Assembly: GCA_965219095.1 (NCBI GenBank) | Contig: CBDCMT010000001.1 | Span: 2,112,001 to 2,176,000 of the forward strand | Origin: Bdellovibrionales bacterium | GTDB taxonomy: Bacteria > Bdellovibrionota > Bdellovibrionia > Bdellovibrionales > UBA1609 | Reading direction: 5' to 3' | DNA length: 64,000 bases | Program-made: the position numbers and the translations under genes | Shown here: one piece after another, positions 31,105-41,340 of the stretch | Position numbering within the stretch: the first letter of the stretch is position 1 | Layout of the letters: the number at the start of each line of letters is the position of its first letter | The notes under the pieces: model-generated | Databases searched by the model: none | The model's input: the letters and a program-made list of their open reading frames with translations, nothing else | What the model was told of the DNA's origin: nothing

Positions 31105-33066
31105 TTGAGTAAGTTTAAAAGATTAGGCATATTAAAGGGTGTGAAAAAAATCCCCCCTCTAGAGGGCCTGATCAAAAGACATCCTGATGGTTTTGGCTTC
31201 TTCATTCCTTTTGACAAGAAATTTCCTGATGCCTATATCACTAAACAGAAAATGAAAGGGCTTATGACAGGAGACAAGATCTTGGTTCAAATGGTTCCTG
31301 AGAGAAAATATCCTAATAAATTTAGAGTTGTAAGTTTAAAGCTTCTTGAGAGACATTTTCAATTTGTCGTAGGCCGCGTATGCCAGCTTTTTGAAGACTT
31401 CTTCGTCCTCCCCGACATCTCACAGGCTTGGGGTTCAGAGCTTTACCTCCAAGTTCCAGGAAAGCTTTCAGTAAAAACCGGAGACTGGGTTTATGTCCAG
31501 GTGACACACTATCCTCCTCGCTTGAAAGGACGTGTTGTAGAAAAGCTAGGTTCTACAGAAGACCCTTTTATCGATAACAAAAGGGTCTTACTAGAATATG
31601 GTTTAAAGCTTGAATTTTCTTCGGAAGCTCTTAGAGAGGCTGAAGAGATTTCGGAGGGTATAAAGCCTTCTTGCAAAAAAGGTAGAAAAGATCTAACTCA
31701 CCTAGGTTTTGTCACAATTGATGGACAACAAGCTAAAGATTTTGATGATGCGATTTTTGTGGATTCAAGCTCTCAAGGCTTGAACCTTTATGTGGCAATT
31801 GCTGATGTAAGTTATTATGTAAAAACTCAGTCTGCATTAGATAAAGAAGCCTTTCAAAGAGCTAACTCAATTTACTTACCTAACTTTGTGAGTCCTATGC
31901 TACCTCCTAAACTTAGTGATAATGTTTGTTCTCTTAAGCCTTGTGTAAAAAGATTAACTTTTGTATGTGAAATGTCTTTTAACTTTCAAGGACATTTAGC
32001 AAAGGAGCCTCAGTTTTACGAAGCTGTGATCAAAAGTCATCGTCGCTTCACTTATGCAGAAGTAGAAGACATTTTAGAAAGTAAGGATCCATCAGAAACT
32101 ATGATTCAAAAAGCAGGCCAATTAGCTAAAACACTTTTAAAAAACAGGAGAAAAAAAGGATTTTTGGATCTAAACATTCCAGAAACTATTATTCCTGTAG
32201 ATGATTCAGGTAAACCTCTTGATATTTTTTCATCACAGAGACTCTTTTCTCATCGTTTGATTGAAGAGTTTATGCTACAGGCCAATCAAGCTACAGCTAG
32301 AGTTATTGCCAAAAACTTAGTCCCTTGTCTTCACAGAGTTCATGAACTCCCAGAGAATAAGAAAATAAAGGAACTTAAGAGCTTTCTTGCAAGCCTCGGG
32401 ATTTATAAAAAAATAAAAAACCAAAAAGCTCTCTCCGAGATCTCTAAAACATTTCAAAATTCCTTTCAAGGTGTTCTTATGAATCAATTGATCTTAAGAG
32501 CTATGAATCAAGCACGTTACAGTTCCGATGTGTTGGTGGGGCATTATGCTCTTAACTTTACTCATTATACTCATTTTACATCTCCTATAAGACGTTATGC
32601 AGATTTGGTTGTTCACAGAGTTTTAAAAAACTTCCTTAAAATCAAAAAACATAAAAAATATAGTAAAGAAGAAATGGAATCCATAGCTCAAAATGTGAGT
32701 ACTTTAGAGCAAACAAGTACCAAAGTAGAAAGAAAGGTACAAGCTGTTAAAAAAGCTCGCTTTATGTCCCAATTTTTAGGAGAAGAATTTGATGGCTTTA
32801 TTAGTTCTGTGAATAAAAAAGGACTTTTTGTGAAGTTAAGAATTTACACTGTAGATGGATTTATCCCTATAGAGAATTTAAGAGAAAAAAGCATACAATT
32901 TGATTCAGAAAGAAGGCTTCTTTTTTCAAAAAAAACAGGGGTAAAATATATGATAGGAAAAGAAGTGAGAGTTTCTATAGCTTCTATTGACTTAGATCAG
33001 GGTTATATTAACTTTTTTATGGCCTATAAAAGAGCGACTAAAAAGCGTAAAAAAACAAAATGTTAA
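31105..33066 (+). CDS. rnr: Ribonuclease R / RNase II family exoribonuclease
   Basis: HPDGFGF, TIDGQQAKDFDDAI, IEEFML, YTHFTSPIRRYADL, S1 domain. Confidence 0.92.
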   Translation: MSKFKRLGILKGVKKIPPLEGLIKRHPDGFGFFIPFDKKFPDAYITKQKMKGLMTGDKILVQMVPERKYPNKFRVVSLKLLERHFQFVVGRVCQLFEDFFVLPDISQAWGSELYLQVPGKLSVKTGDWVYVQVTHYPPRLKGRVVEKLGSTEDPFIDNKRVLLEYGLKLEFSSEALREAEEISEGIKPSCKKGRKDLTHLGFVTIDGQQAKDFDDAIFVDSSSQGLNLYVAIADVSYYVKTQSALDKEAFQRANSIYLPNFVSPMLPPKLSDNVCSLKPCVKRLTFVCEMSFNFQGHLAKEPQFYEAVIKSHRRFTYAEVEDILESKDPSETMIQKAGQLAKTLLKNRRKKGFLDLNIPETIIPVDDSGKPLDIFSSQRLFSHRLIEEFMLQANQATARVIAKNLVPCLHRVHELPENKKIKELKSFLASLGIYKKIKNQKALSEISKTFQNSFQGVLMNQLILRAMNQARYSSDVLVGHYALNFTHYTHFTSPIRRYADLVVHRVLKNFLKIKKHKKYSKEEMESIAQNVSTLEQTSTKVERKVQAVKKARFMSQFLGEEFDGFISSVNKKGLFVKLRIYTVDGFIPIENLREKSIQFDSERRLLFSKKTGVKYMIGKEVRVSIASIDLDQGYINFFMAYKRATKKRKKTKC

Positions 33067-33178
33067 AATTATCTTTAGTATCAAGTACATAAAGGGTTAA
33101 AGATCATGTTAAGTTGCATTTTGAAAAAAGTTTTCTTAAGACCCAGTTGAAAAAAAGAGGAAATGAAGTATGAATTTA

Positions 33179-34877
33179 CCTAAATTCGTGACCAAAAATG
33201 TACACTACAAAGCTATAATTTCCCATTTTCCATAAAAATCTCAGTTTTCATAGGGGAATTTTCGATTTTTAGATAAAATCACAAAAAATAACTTGCCTTG
33301 CATTTTCCTTTGTAGTGTAATATATTACACTACAGGAGGGAGAAATATGAGCTTTATCAGAAGAATAAAAAGAGGAAAGGTAACATATCTTGCAGAAGTA
33401 GAGAACAAAAGGGTTGATGGAAAAGTTATCCAAAAGCATATTCGGTACATCGGGAAGGAAGAGAATGGTGAAACTGTAATTTCAATGAGCTCATCTGATC
33501 TTGAAATAGAAAAGGTCAAGGTTTATGGTCCTTTGCTTGTTTTAGATAAAATAGCTAGGGAAATAGATTTGCAAAAATCTCTTGGCCAATACTCCAATGA
33601 AATATTAAGCATGGTCTATGCTCACTGTTTAGATTACAAAAGCCTTAGAAAAATGCCAAAATGGTATGAGAGAACAGATTTAAACACTTTGCTAAATTTA
33701 GAGGATCTAACCGAAAGTCGTTTGCTTTCTGCTCTAGATTCTTTAGAGAGTGATCCAGAAAATTTACAGAAGAAAATATTTCAAGGTGCTCAGAAAAGGT
33801 ACAATCTTGAGCTAAAAGGGTTAGTGTACGATGTTACAAACACATACCTTTATGGTAGCAAATGTCAGCTTGGAAAATTAGGAAAGAGTAAGGATGGGAA
33901 ACGTGGAAATCCTTTGATTCAAATTGGTTTGGTGACAACTCAAAAAGAAGGAATACCAGTGTTTCATAAAACTTTTAGTGGAAACATACACGATAGCAGG
34001 ACTCTACTAAGTTTATCCGATGGATTTGCAAACTATGGACTAAGTGGAGGAATGTTTGTTTACGACAGGGGCATTTTCTCAGAGAGAAACCTCAATGAAA
34101 TCAATGAATTGGGCTGGAATACGCTTTGTGGGATTGCTCTCAGAAAAAAAGAGAAGGATTTGATTAGAAAAATGATAAGGCTAGACTCTATTGTTGATGT
34201 ATCCCATCGCATCAGGTTATCAAGTGGTACCTTGTATGCTCAGAGCATTAATCACAATGTTGGAAAAATCAAAGGACGTTTAGTTGTTTGTTACAATCAA
34301 AGGAGAGCTTTAGATATAAGAGAATCTCGTTTGGACGAAATTGCAAACGCACAAATTCTTTTGTCTAAAAATAAAAATATAAAACCAGGTTTGGAAAAAT
34401 ACCTTACTCCAACAGGAAGATTAAGGAGAGATCGGTTGAATTTAGAATCTGAGTTTGATGGTTACTCTTGTATATTTTCTACAAAAAAGATCTCTACAAA
34501 AGATATTGTTAATTTGTACTATAAGAAAGAGATAATTGAAAAATCTTTTAGGACCTTAAAGGGAATAACAAATTTGAGACCAATTCGTCATTGGCTTTAC
34601 AACAGAGTTCAATCACATGTCTTTATATGCTATTTATCTTGTCTGATACTTTCAATTCTAAAAATGAAGCTTGAAAAGATGCAGATGTCTCCAGAGGAAG
34701 CTCTTGAAGAACTCGGTAGCATGTATAATGTCTATCTTTATGACCGAAAAAATAAAACTAGACTTATCAAAACAGTAGCTTTAAATAAAGTTCAAGAAAA
34801 AATACTAAGATCTATTGGAAAAAGTCTTGTCAAAAAAACGTCCGTCTGTAGTGTACATTTTTGAGCACGAACTCAGG
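33179..34877 (+). mobile_element. IS1634-family element, complete, 7-bp TSD GAATTTA
   Basis: 31-bp imperfect TIRs CCTAAATTCGTGACCAAAAATGTACACTACA / TGTAGTGTACATTTTTGAGCACGAACTCAGG; TSD at 33172-33178 and 34878-34884. Confidence 0.93.
33347..34864 (+). CDS. IS1634 family transposase (intact)
   Basis: YDVTNTY, GKSKDGK, GNIHD, VYDRG, IEKSFRTLK, RPIRHW; SD GGAGG before ATG 33347. Confidence 0.92.
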   Translation: MSFIRRIKRGKVTYLAEVENKRVDGKVIQKHIRYIGKEENGETVISMSSSDLEIEKVKVYGPLLVLDKIAREIDLQKSLGQYSNEILSMVYAHCLDYKSLRKMPKWYERTDLNTLLNLEDLTESRLLSALDSLESDPENLQKKIFQGAQKRYNLELKGLVYDVTNTYLYGSKCQLGKLGKSKDGKRGNPLIQIGLVTTQKEGIPVFHKTFSGNIHDSRTLLSLSDGFANYGLSGGMFVYDRGIFSERNLNEINELGWNTLCGIALRKKEKDLIRKMIRLDSIVDVSHRIRLSSGTLYAQSINHNVGKIKGRLVVCYNQRRALDIRESRLDEIANAQILLSKNKNIKPGLEKYLTPTGRLRRDRLNLESEFDGYSCIFSTKKISTKDIVNLYYKKEIIEKSFRTLKGITNLRPIRHWLYNRVQSHVFICYLSCLILSILKMKLEKMQMSPEEALEELGSMYNVYLYDRKNKTRLIKTVALNKVQEKILRSIGKSLVKKTSVCSVHF

Positions 34878-35115
34878 GAATTTACTTTAAAAATTACCCC
34901 TTTATTTCAACTCATACCAGATTTCTATTTTTTCGCTAACTTTATTTGTGAAGTCCTCCAGTCATTGAATCAATCAGAGTTTTTTCTTTAGTTTTTTGTA
35001 TTTTTCAGTGATTTTGTATTTGCCTTTTTTTTGAGCTCCTTCAAAATAGATAAGCTTCCTATCTTTTAAGAATTTTATATAGTTTTCTACAGCTCTTAAT
35101 GTGACTTTTTGGAGA

Positions 35116-35316
35116 GGTGTCGTACTTGATCCTAGAATGTCCATATGATCTCCCAAGACATAAACTCTGATCCTTGATCTACACTTAACGTTTTTAAAGC
35201 TTTTTTGGGGAATCGAGATAAACCCATTTGATAGTTTCCATGACGTGTTGACTTTGACGAGAAGTGGATTTTAACATCACCAGATACCTTGACTTTCTTT
35301 CTACCAAAGTTGATAT
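35116..35316 (-). mobile_element. IS30-family remnant
   Basis: Manual translation STLVERKSRYLVMLK...(frameshift)...KTLSVDQGSEF; IR-like sequence at 35116-35142. Confidence 0.72.
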
Positions 35317-35317
35317 G

Positions 35318-35370
35318 TAGTGCTTCCGTTTAGGTTTTCAGGTTCCTAAGATGGAGAAGTTATCAGTTAT
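35318..35370 (-). mobile_element. IS630-A right-end remnant
   Basis: TAGTGCTTCCGTTTAGGTTTTCAGG...TATCAGTTAT identical to 15488-15540. Confidence 0.85.
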
Positions 35371-35518
35371 GCCAATATAAATTTCACCTCCAGAGGAGTT
35401 GGCAAAAGCCACCATCTCTCTATCTAAGCCCTACCTTGCACTTTCTTTAAACTCGACTTTCTGGTTTTCGCCTTTTTCTAGAATAAGTTTAAGTTTTTTT
35501 GATAAAGAATTCTTCATT

Positions 35519-38500
35519 TTAATTTATATGTATAGATGTCTTAACTGCTTTAATTAATTTTTCTTCTTCTTTTTTTTGTCTTTCAAACCAGTTAGTAGAC
35601 CAAATTCTATAAATTTTCCAACCATATCCTTCTAAAACCTCTTCTCTCAATCTATCTCTATCACGAGCAGATTTTAATGAGTGATATTTAGCACCATCAC
35701 ACTCTATTGCAAGTACAAAATCATTATTTTTAGGATGTTTAACAACAATATCAATTTTATAACCAGCAACTCCGTATTGATACTCAATATCAAAGTTATT
35801 TTTCTTTAATATTTTTCCAACAGATTCTTCAAAGTCATTAGGTTCATTATTAGTGGGATAACCCAAGTTTGGCAGAATGCCTTTTTTCGCAAACTTTAAA
35901 TAATCTTTAAGAACTCGAACTCCTCTCTTAGTTTTTTCATCTACTCTAATGTCACTTTCTTTCATAGAAGAAAATAAGAAAATTTTCTTCTTAGCTCTAG
36001 TAAATAAAACATTTAATCTCCTATGCCCGCCCTCATTATTAATAGGGCCAAATCTTTGTTTAACAGTACCATCTATCTCATCTGGTCCATAAACGGTAGA
36101 TATAAAAATAACATCTCGCTCATCACCTTGAACATTTTCAAGATTTTTTACAAATAAGGGTTCTAAGGAGTTTTTCCATTTTTCATAATAGGCCAAAACA
36201 TCTTTATCTAAAGCTCTACGTTGTTCTATTTCATTATCTATCAGTTCTGTTTGCCGTTTGTTCATGGCCACTATTCCTATAGACAGGTTCATATTACTTT
36301 TCATAAAGTTAATAACTGTTTCTATAAGTATTTTTAATTCTTCAGGATTTATGCCTCCGAAAGACCTAGAGTTGCTATTATTACGTGAGGGTTTATATTT
36401 AGCGTTTTCAGCATAAACAAATTCTACGCCTAGATTTTTTCTTTTTTTTGGAGAAGGAAAAACAATCAATTTGTTATCATAAAACTCTGAATTAGAAAAC
36501 TTAATTAGATCCTCATGTCTTGAGCGATAATGCCAAAGAAGGTCACAAAATTTTACGTTGGAATTATTGAATAGATCTAATATAGATTCTTCATCAACTA
36601 TATTTTCTTCTTCATCTTCATTATTTTGAGTTTTGAAATAATCAGTCGGAGGTAACTGCTGTTCATCACCTACAACTATTATTTGCTTTGCTCTTAAAAT
36701 TCCTCCTAATGCTTCCTCTGGAGGCATTTGAGATGCTTCATCTATAATCAACAAATCAAACTCAAACTCCCCTGGCGTTAAATACTGTGCAACAGTGGAT
36801 GGAGACATAAGACAACACGGTTTAAGATCCAACAAAGCTTTTGAAGCTTTTGAAAACAGCTTTCTTAACGGTATATTCTTCTTTTTGCCGAATTCTGCTT
36901 TTATTGCACACAGATCTGTCCACTCTTTCTTTGCCCCCCTATTGTTACCTTCTGTAACTTTTATGCTCTTTAGTTTTGAATATATCTTATATTGACCATT
37001 TTCAATACTTTTTTTGTCATATTTTTTAAATCTATCTATATCTAAATCTGACACTCCATTAAATTTCTCATCCTGCAAAAGTGTTTTGTAAAAAATATAA
37101 TCCAGCACTTCCTTTGTATAAGATATAGGCTTTTTTTTCTCTATGTAAGATTCAATAACATGTGAAAAGTTATATTTTTGAAGAGATTGAAGGGTTTTAT
37201 AAAAAATTACATAGTCATCATATCCATCTATGTTTTCTTTTATTAAGTGAAGTTTATTTCCCCAATCAATAATATTGATATTTTCGACATCTTTATAAAC
37301 AAAGTCAACTTGCATTTTTGAAGCTAATTTTTTTCTGCACCTTTCTTCTGATTCCAATTTTTTTATAATACATGCGAAATCTTTTTCTTGAAATTTTGAA
37401 AATAGCCAATTTATCCTTTTTGAAATTTTCTTATCTCGCAATTTGTTATAAAACTTAAATAGATCATTTAATTCCTCTAATTTCATAACCTGATAAATAT
37501 TCTTGAATTCCGTCCATTTTTCATTCAATTCTTTGCTTTCTAATAGGAAAGATTTTGCATTATCTGAAAGTTTTGTGCTATTTTTTACTTCTTTAGACCA
37601 CTTTACTATTTCATCCGCTAAATTAAAGTCGATTTCCTCTAAATTTTTAGGATAATTGAATGCACCTTTAATGAAGCTACTATTGATAAGCCTGTACTTT
37701 AATTCCATGTGAGTAGCTAACTCATTAAAAGTTTGCAAACATTCACTATAGTCAAATTGTTTTCTATTATCAGTGATGTATTTCCAAACCTTTCTAGCAT
37801 ACCAATAATTCCTGCAAAGGAAAAAATTAAAATAATTATTTTTTTTATCTTGTAAGAAAATGCTCAAGTCCATATAAGTTGTAGCATCTCCCTCCATTGA
37901 TTTCGGATATTCGTTTATGTAATCTTTTTCTTGTTCAAGAACTTCTTCAACTCTTTCTCTCAGATCTATTATCTTGCTATTAGAATTTTTCATAAAGAAA
38001 TGCCTATTTTTAGCTCTCAAGATATCTGCTTTAGTATTGAAAATAAACTCTAAAGCCCTATAAATATCACTGCAGTTTAGGGTATTTAAGAAGTCTTCGG
38101 ATAACTTTATAGGATTTACATTATGTTTAAATTCACCTGTAATTGAAGAGATATTTTTTATATCATTAATACTTATAGGTAAAAAAAGCTTATTTTTATT
38201 AACCGATGAAATTAGCTCTTCCAAAGATTTTGTATACTGTTTTGCTTCATTTTTTATTTCGTCATGCTTTATTTTGTTCCCTATATTAGATTTTGCCGGA
38301 ATGCCATACCAGGGCCAATCACAAACTATTTTCCCATAATCTCTTGATGTTTTTTTATATGAATTTTCTAATTCCTCTAATTTTCTGCCCAGTTCCTTAT
38401 GATTTTTTTTCTTCTTATCTTTAAACTCTTGGGTTTTAATATAATCCCAAGGAATTTTACTTTTAATTTTATCTATACATTTAGAGTTATTTATGTATGC

Positions 38501-40081
38501 CCATATCGAATCAAAACAAGTTGTTTCTCCCTCTATTTCAATATCAGTATTCAAAGGCTTTTTGATAAAATTTTTATACTCAATGAGTGATTCTTTTATA
38601 TTATTATAATTATTGTAATCTTGAACTTTATTTTCTGCCTTCCCTAATCTATTCGGAGAGTCTATTCTTTCTTTTAAGGATTTCAATACTTCTTTTTTAT
38701 CTGTTATACTCCCATCTAAACAAAATAAACCTAATTTAGAGCTTTCAAGACGTTTCTTAACTACATCTAAAGCAGCTTTTTTTTCAGACATGAAAAGTAC
38801 TTTCTTACTTTGATTTAAGAAGGAGGCTATTATATTTGAGATAGTCTGGCTTTTACCAGTTCCAGGGGGGCCCTTTATTATCATGTCTAAGCCATCTAGG
38901 GCTTTTTTTATGGCATGAAATTGTGAGGAGTCAGCGTCATGTATTAAACAAGGTGTATTTTTTTCATTTAGATCTAAGTTTGAATCTATATCATCTGGAA
39001 TATTTTCTTGTTGAACTGTTCCTCTTTCTTCCCACAGTTTTTTTAATATAGGATGTTTTGTTAAATTGGGCCAATTTTCTTCTTTTAAATCTTCGTACAT
39101 ATTAAGTTTATGAAAAGAAAACCTTCCAATACAAACAATCCTTCGTAGATTCCAGCCCATCTCTTTTGAAGAGTTGCTTATCACATCTGTCTCTACTCTC
39201 TTGAAGTAACCCTCTACACTAAAATTATTGATGTCATCTTTTAAATCTATTTCTGGAAGAACAATTTCAAAATTAGAGTAGAGCCTTTCCTTTAAAGCTA
39301 AGTTCGGTAAGGGTACCTGTTCGCTTGAATAAACACTGAAAACATATTTTCCTCTCCTTAATTTTTTTTTAAGATTTAATTGTAACAAAATTAATGGTGC
39401 CAATAAAGTTTTTTCACTATTCTTAACATCTTTGTATTGTAAAAATCCGATTGACATATAAAGTGTGTTCATTCCCTTCTCTTCACGATCTATTGTTATA
39501 CGTCTTTGTATTGAAGATACTCTTCTTGTCATATCATCTTCAAAGAGCAGTGTTTGAAGATAATCGTCATCATGCTTTTCCTCTAAGCTCTCTTTAGGAA
39601 ATGGTAGATTTAAATCAGGATTTAGTTTGTTTATTTTCGCCCAGTCTTTTGGATTATAGAGTTGATCTTCTTTTCGTTTTGATAGGTTTAATTTATCCCT
39701 GACTTTATCCTTTAGCCAACGCTCAATTTCATATTCTTCGTTTATAATTTCTTTATTTGAGTTTTTTTTATCTTCTTCGAGCTTTTCGCATTTTTTTCTG
39801 TATTCGCTGTCTGTTTCTATTAATTCATATAGAGTTGATTTAAATTCATTGGTTCTTTCATCTGGAAGTTCATTTTTTTTATCAAATGGGGGCAATGGTT
39901 TAAATTCTAATTTTTTATTTTGAGATATTTTTTCATAAATCTTTTCAGGCAACTCATCGATAACATAAATATGCGTATTCGATTTTGAACTAAGATTAAA
40001 GTTTAACAAGCCATTCCTATTGCTCTGATCAATTAGTTTTTTTTGCAGTTCCGCAATGCTTTTTTTTATTATATTATCCAT
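35519..40081 (-). CDS. DUF4011 + SF1 (UPF1-like) helicase + Vsr-like/MTES_1575 nuclease, Hhe-like anti-phage candidate
   Basis: LIDQSNRNGLLNF, EEKGMNTLY, GPPGTGKSQT, IIDEASQ, GDEQQLPP, HYRS, ENVQGDERD, RRLNVLFTRAK, LAIECDGAKYH, RIWSTNW. Confidence 0.88.
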   Translation of the reverse strand: MDNIIKKSIAELQKKLIDQSNRNGLLNFNLSSKSNTHIYVIDELPEKIYEKISQNKKLEFKPLPPFDKKNELPDERTNEFKSTLYELIETDSEYRKKCEKLEEDKKNSNKEIINEEYEIERWLKDKVRDKLNLSKRKEDQLYNPKDWAKINKLNPDLNLPFPKESLEEKHDDDYLQTLLFEDDMTRRVSSIQRRITIDREEKGMNTLYMSIGFLQYKDVKNSEKTLLAPLILLQLNLKKKLRRGKYVFSVYSSEQVPLPNLALKERLYSNFEIVLPEIDLKDDINNFSVEGYFKRVETDVISNSSKEMGWNLRRIVCIGRFSFHKLNMYEDLKEENWPNLTKHPILKKLWEERGTVQQENIPDDIDSNLDLNEKNTPCLIHDADSSQFHAIKKALDGLDMIIKGPPGTGKSQTISNIIASFLNQSKKVLFMSEKKAALDVVKKRLESSKLGLFCLDGSITDKKEVLKSLKERIDSPNRLGKAENKVQDYNNYNNIKESLIEYKNFIKKPLNTDIEIEGETTCFDSIWAYINNSKCIDKIKSKIPWDYIKTQEFKDKKKKNHKELGRKLEELENSYKKTSRDYGKIVCDWPWYGIPAKSNIGNKIKHDEIKNEAKQYTKSLEELISSVNKNKLFLPISINDIKNISSITGEFKHNVNPIKLSEDFLNTLNCSDIYRALEFIFNTKADILRAKNRHFFMKNSNSKIIDLRERVEEVLEQEKDYINEYPKSMEGDATTYMDLSIFLQDKKNNYFNFFLCRNYWYARKVWKYITDNRKQFDYSECLQTFNELATHMELKYRLINSSFIKGAFNYPKNLEEIDFNLADEIVKWSKEVKNSTKLSDNAKSFLLESKELNEKWTEFKNIYQVMKLEELNDLFKFYNKLRDKKISKRINWLFSKFQEKDFACIIKKLESEERCRKKLASKMQVDFVYKDVENINIIDWGNKLHLIKENIDGYDDYVIFYKTLQSLQKYNFSHVIESYIEKKKPISYTKEVLDYIFYKTLLQDEKFNGVSDLDIDRFKKYDKKSIENGQYKIYSKLKSIKVTEGNNRGAKKEWTDLCAIKAEFGKKKNIPLRKLFSKASKALLDLKPCCLMSPSTVAQYLTPGEFEFDLLIIDEASQMPPEEALGGILRAKQIIVVGDEQQLPPTDYFKTQNNEDEEENIVDEESILDLFNNSNVKFCDLLWHYRSRHEDLIKFSNSEFYDNKLIVFPSPKKRKNLGVEFVYAENAKYKPSRNNSNSRSFGGINPEELKILIETVINFMKSNMNLSIGIVAMNKRQTELIDNEIEQRRALDKDVLAYYEKWKNSLEPLFVKNLENVQGDERDVIFISTVYGPDEIDGTVKQRFGPINNEGGHRRLNVLFTRAKKKIFLFSSMKESDIRVDEKTKRGVRVLKDYLKFAKKGILPNLGYPTNNEPNDFEESVGKILKKNNFDIEYQYGVAGYKIDIVVKHPKNNDFVLAIECDGAKYHSLKSARDRDRLREEVLEGYGWKIYRIWSTNWFERQKKEEEKLIKAVKTSIHIN

Positions 40082-40102
40082 ATACTCATCTTATATTTAA
40101 TC

Positions 40103-40176
40103 TATACTAATCGTGTTTCAAAAACACCTCTTTCTAGCTAAGATAAAAAGGAGATTTTTTGAAGTGTGCCAGTATA
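40103..40176. mobile_element. 74-bp TA-flanked palindromic MITE
   Basis: TATACTAATCGTGTTTCAAAAA...TTTTTGAAGTGTGCCAGTATA; reverse copy at 40653-41249 interrupted by IS5. Confidence 0.62.
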
Positions 40177-40348
40177 TCCCAAACCCAACTCCTTGTCATT
40201 TAAAGTTGATCCTCTAAGACTTTGAAAAAAATTAAAATGTGACGATTTTCGTCACTTGTTTTCTTAAACTTAGACTTCCAGTCTGGTTTTCTTTTCACAT
40301 TCATAAAGGTGAACCTATCACATAAGTTAAGAAGACACAAATATTTTT

Positions 40349-40472
40349 GCTTTCTCAAAAGAATCTGTGGGTTCCTGGAGGTTTTGTCAGTTTTCTAATG
40401 TTGTGATATAAGGCTTTTTAGAACTTTAGAGGTTCTAAAGCTGTAAGATTTTCTCATAGTGAGTTTTACTTT
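40349..40472 (-). mobile_element. Degenerate ISL3 right-end remnant
   Basis: GCTTTCTCAAAAGAATCTGTGGGTTCC... collinear with the reverse complement of 17737-17612. Confidence 0.8.
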
Positions 40473-40604
40473 ATAGTTTGACAGACTCCAGAGTTTATAA
40501 ATGCCTTCTTTCAATATGTTTCTTGAAAGCTTCTACCTTTAAAGGAGAATTTGCTATCTTCTTAATAAATTCAGAAAAATTTCCTCTTGAAAATAGACTG
40601 TGTT

Positions 40605-40645
40605 GAAAAAGTGGAGTCAAAATTAACGTATATGCAATGCATTAG
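40605..40645. repeat. ~42-bp dispersed repeat, possible IS4-like end (second copy ~51857-51898)
   Basis: GAAAAAGTGGAGTCAAAATTAA.GTATA.GCAATGCATTAG at both sites. Confidence 0.6.
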
Positions 40646-40690
40646 CTTTAACTATACTGATTACACTTCAGAGCTTCCCTTTTATCTATA

Positions 40691-41208
40691 GTGTGTCGTC
40701 AATTAATTTAACCAAACCATAGAAGAAGCTAACATCACTTAAACCTAAGAAGTGTTTTTTCTTGATATATTTTTTGATAGACACTTACAAGATGATTTTT
40801 TGTACTTAAACCTCCTTTGGAGTGTTTCAAAGCTAAAGTCTTTTTTTTGGCTTCTTTTTTGCACTAAAAGCCTGAAAGTTCTCTAAGGTTCCTTCATTTT
40901 TTACTCTGAATTCACTCTAAACAAACTAAGTGTGTGATAATACCATTTCCAAAAAATAATTCGACATTCTTTTGTCGCATAAGGTTCCGGAAGAGATCTC
41001 CAAGAGGCTCCAGCCCTCAAAATCCATAGGACTTAAGTTAACAAATTGTTGGTTGTTTTTTGCTTCTAACTTCTACTGTTTTTTTTCCGACCAGAAAGTA
41101 AAAACTCTGTCTTCTTCCATGTTTTAAGTTTTTAATTCTTATCTTCTTGATATCCTTCACTTTCTTTCTTAGGCTAAGGTTACCACATTAAATCAATTGA
41201 CGACACCC
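40691..41208 (-). mobile_element. Highly decayed second IS5 (IS427-like) element containing an IS630-B left-end relic (~40941-40972)
   Basis: TIR GTGTCGTCAATT.ATTTAA at both ends; fragments VLWILRAGASWRSLPEPY and HSKGGLSTKNHL. Confidence 0.7.
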
Positions 41209-41340
41209 CATAGCTAGAAAAAGGGGATTTTTGAAACACGGCCAGTATGAAAAAGCATTTATTTTGAAGTGTGACCAATATATTTATGTTTCATATAGAG
41301 CCCTTTTTTATTTCAAGATCTTATCTTGAGGGGGCTTTTT

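Larger units (their letters stand above)
34974..35517 (-). pseudogene. Shattered Schlafen/AlbA_2-domain gene with C-terminal winged-HTH
   Basis: Manual translation from 35517: MKNSLSKKLKLILEKGENQKVEFKESAR*GLDREMVAFANSSGGEIYIGITD; C-terminal VTLRAVENYIKFLKDRKLIYFEGAQKKGKYKI at 34974-35105. Confidence 0.75.
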
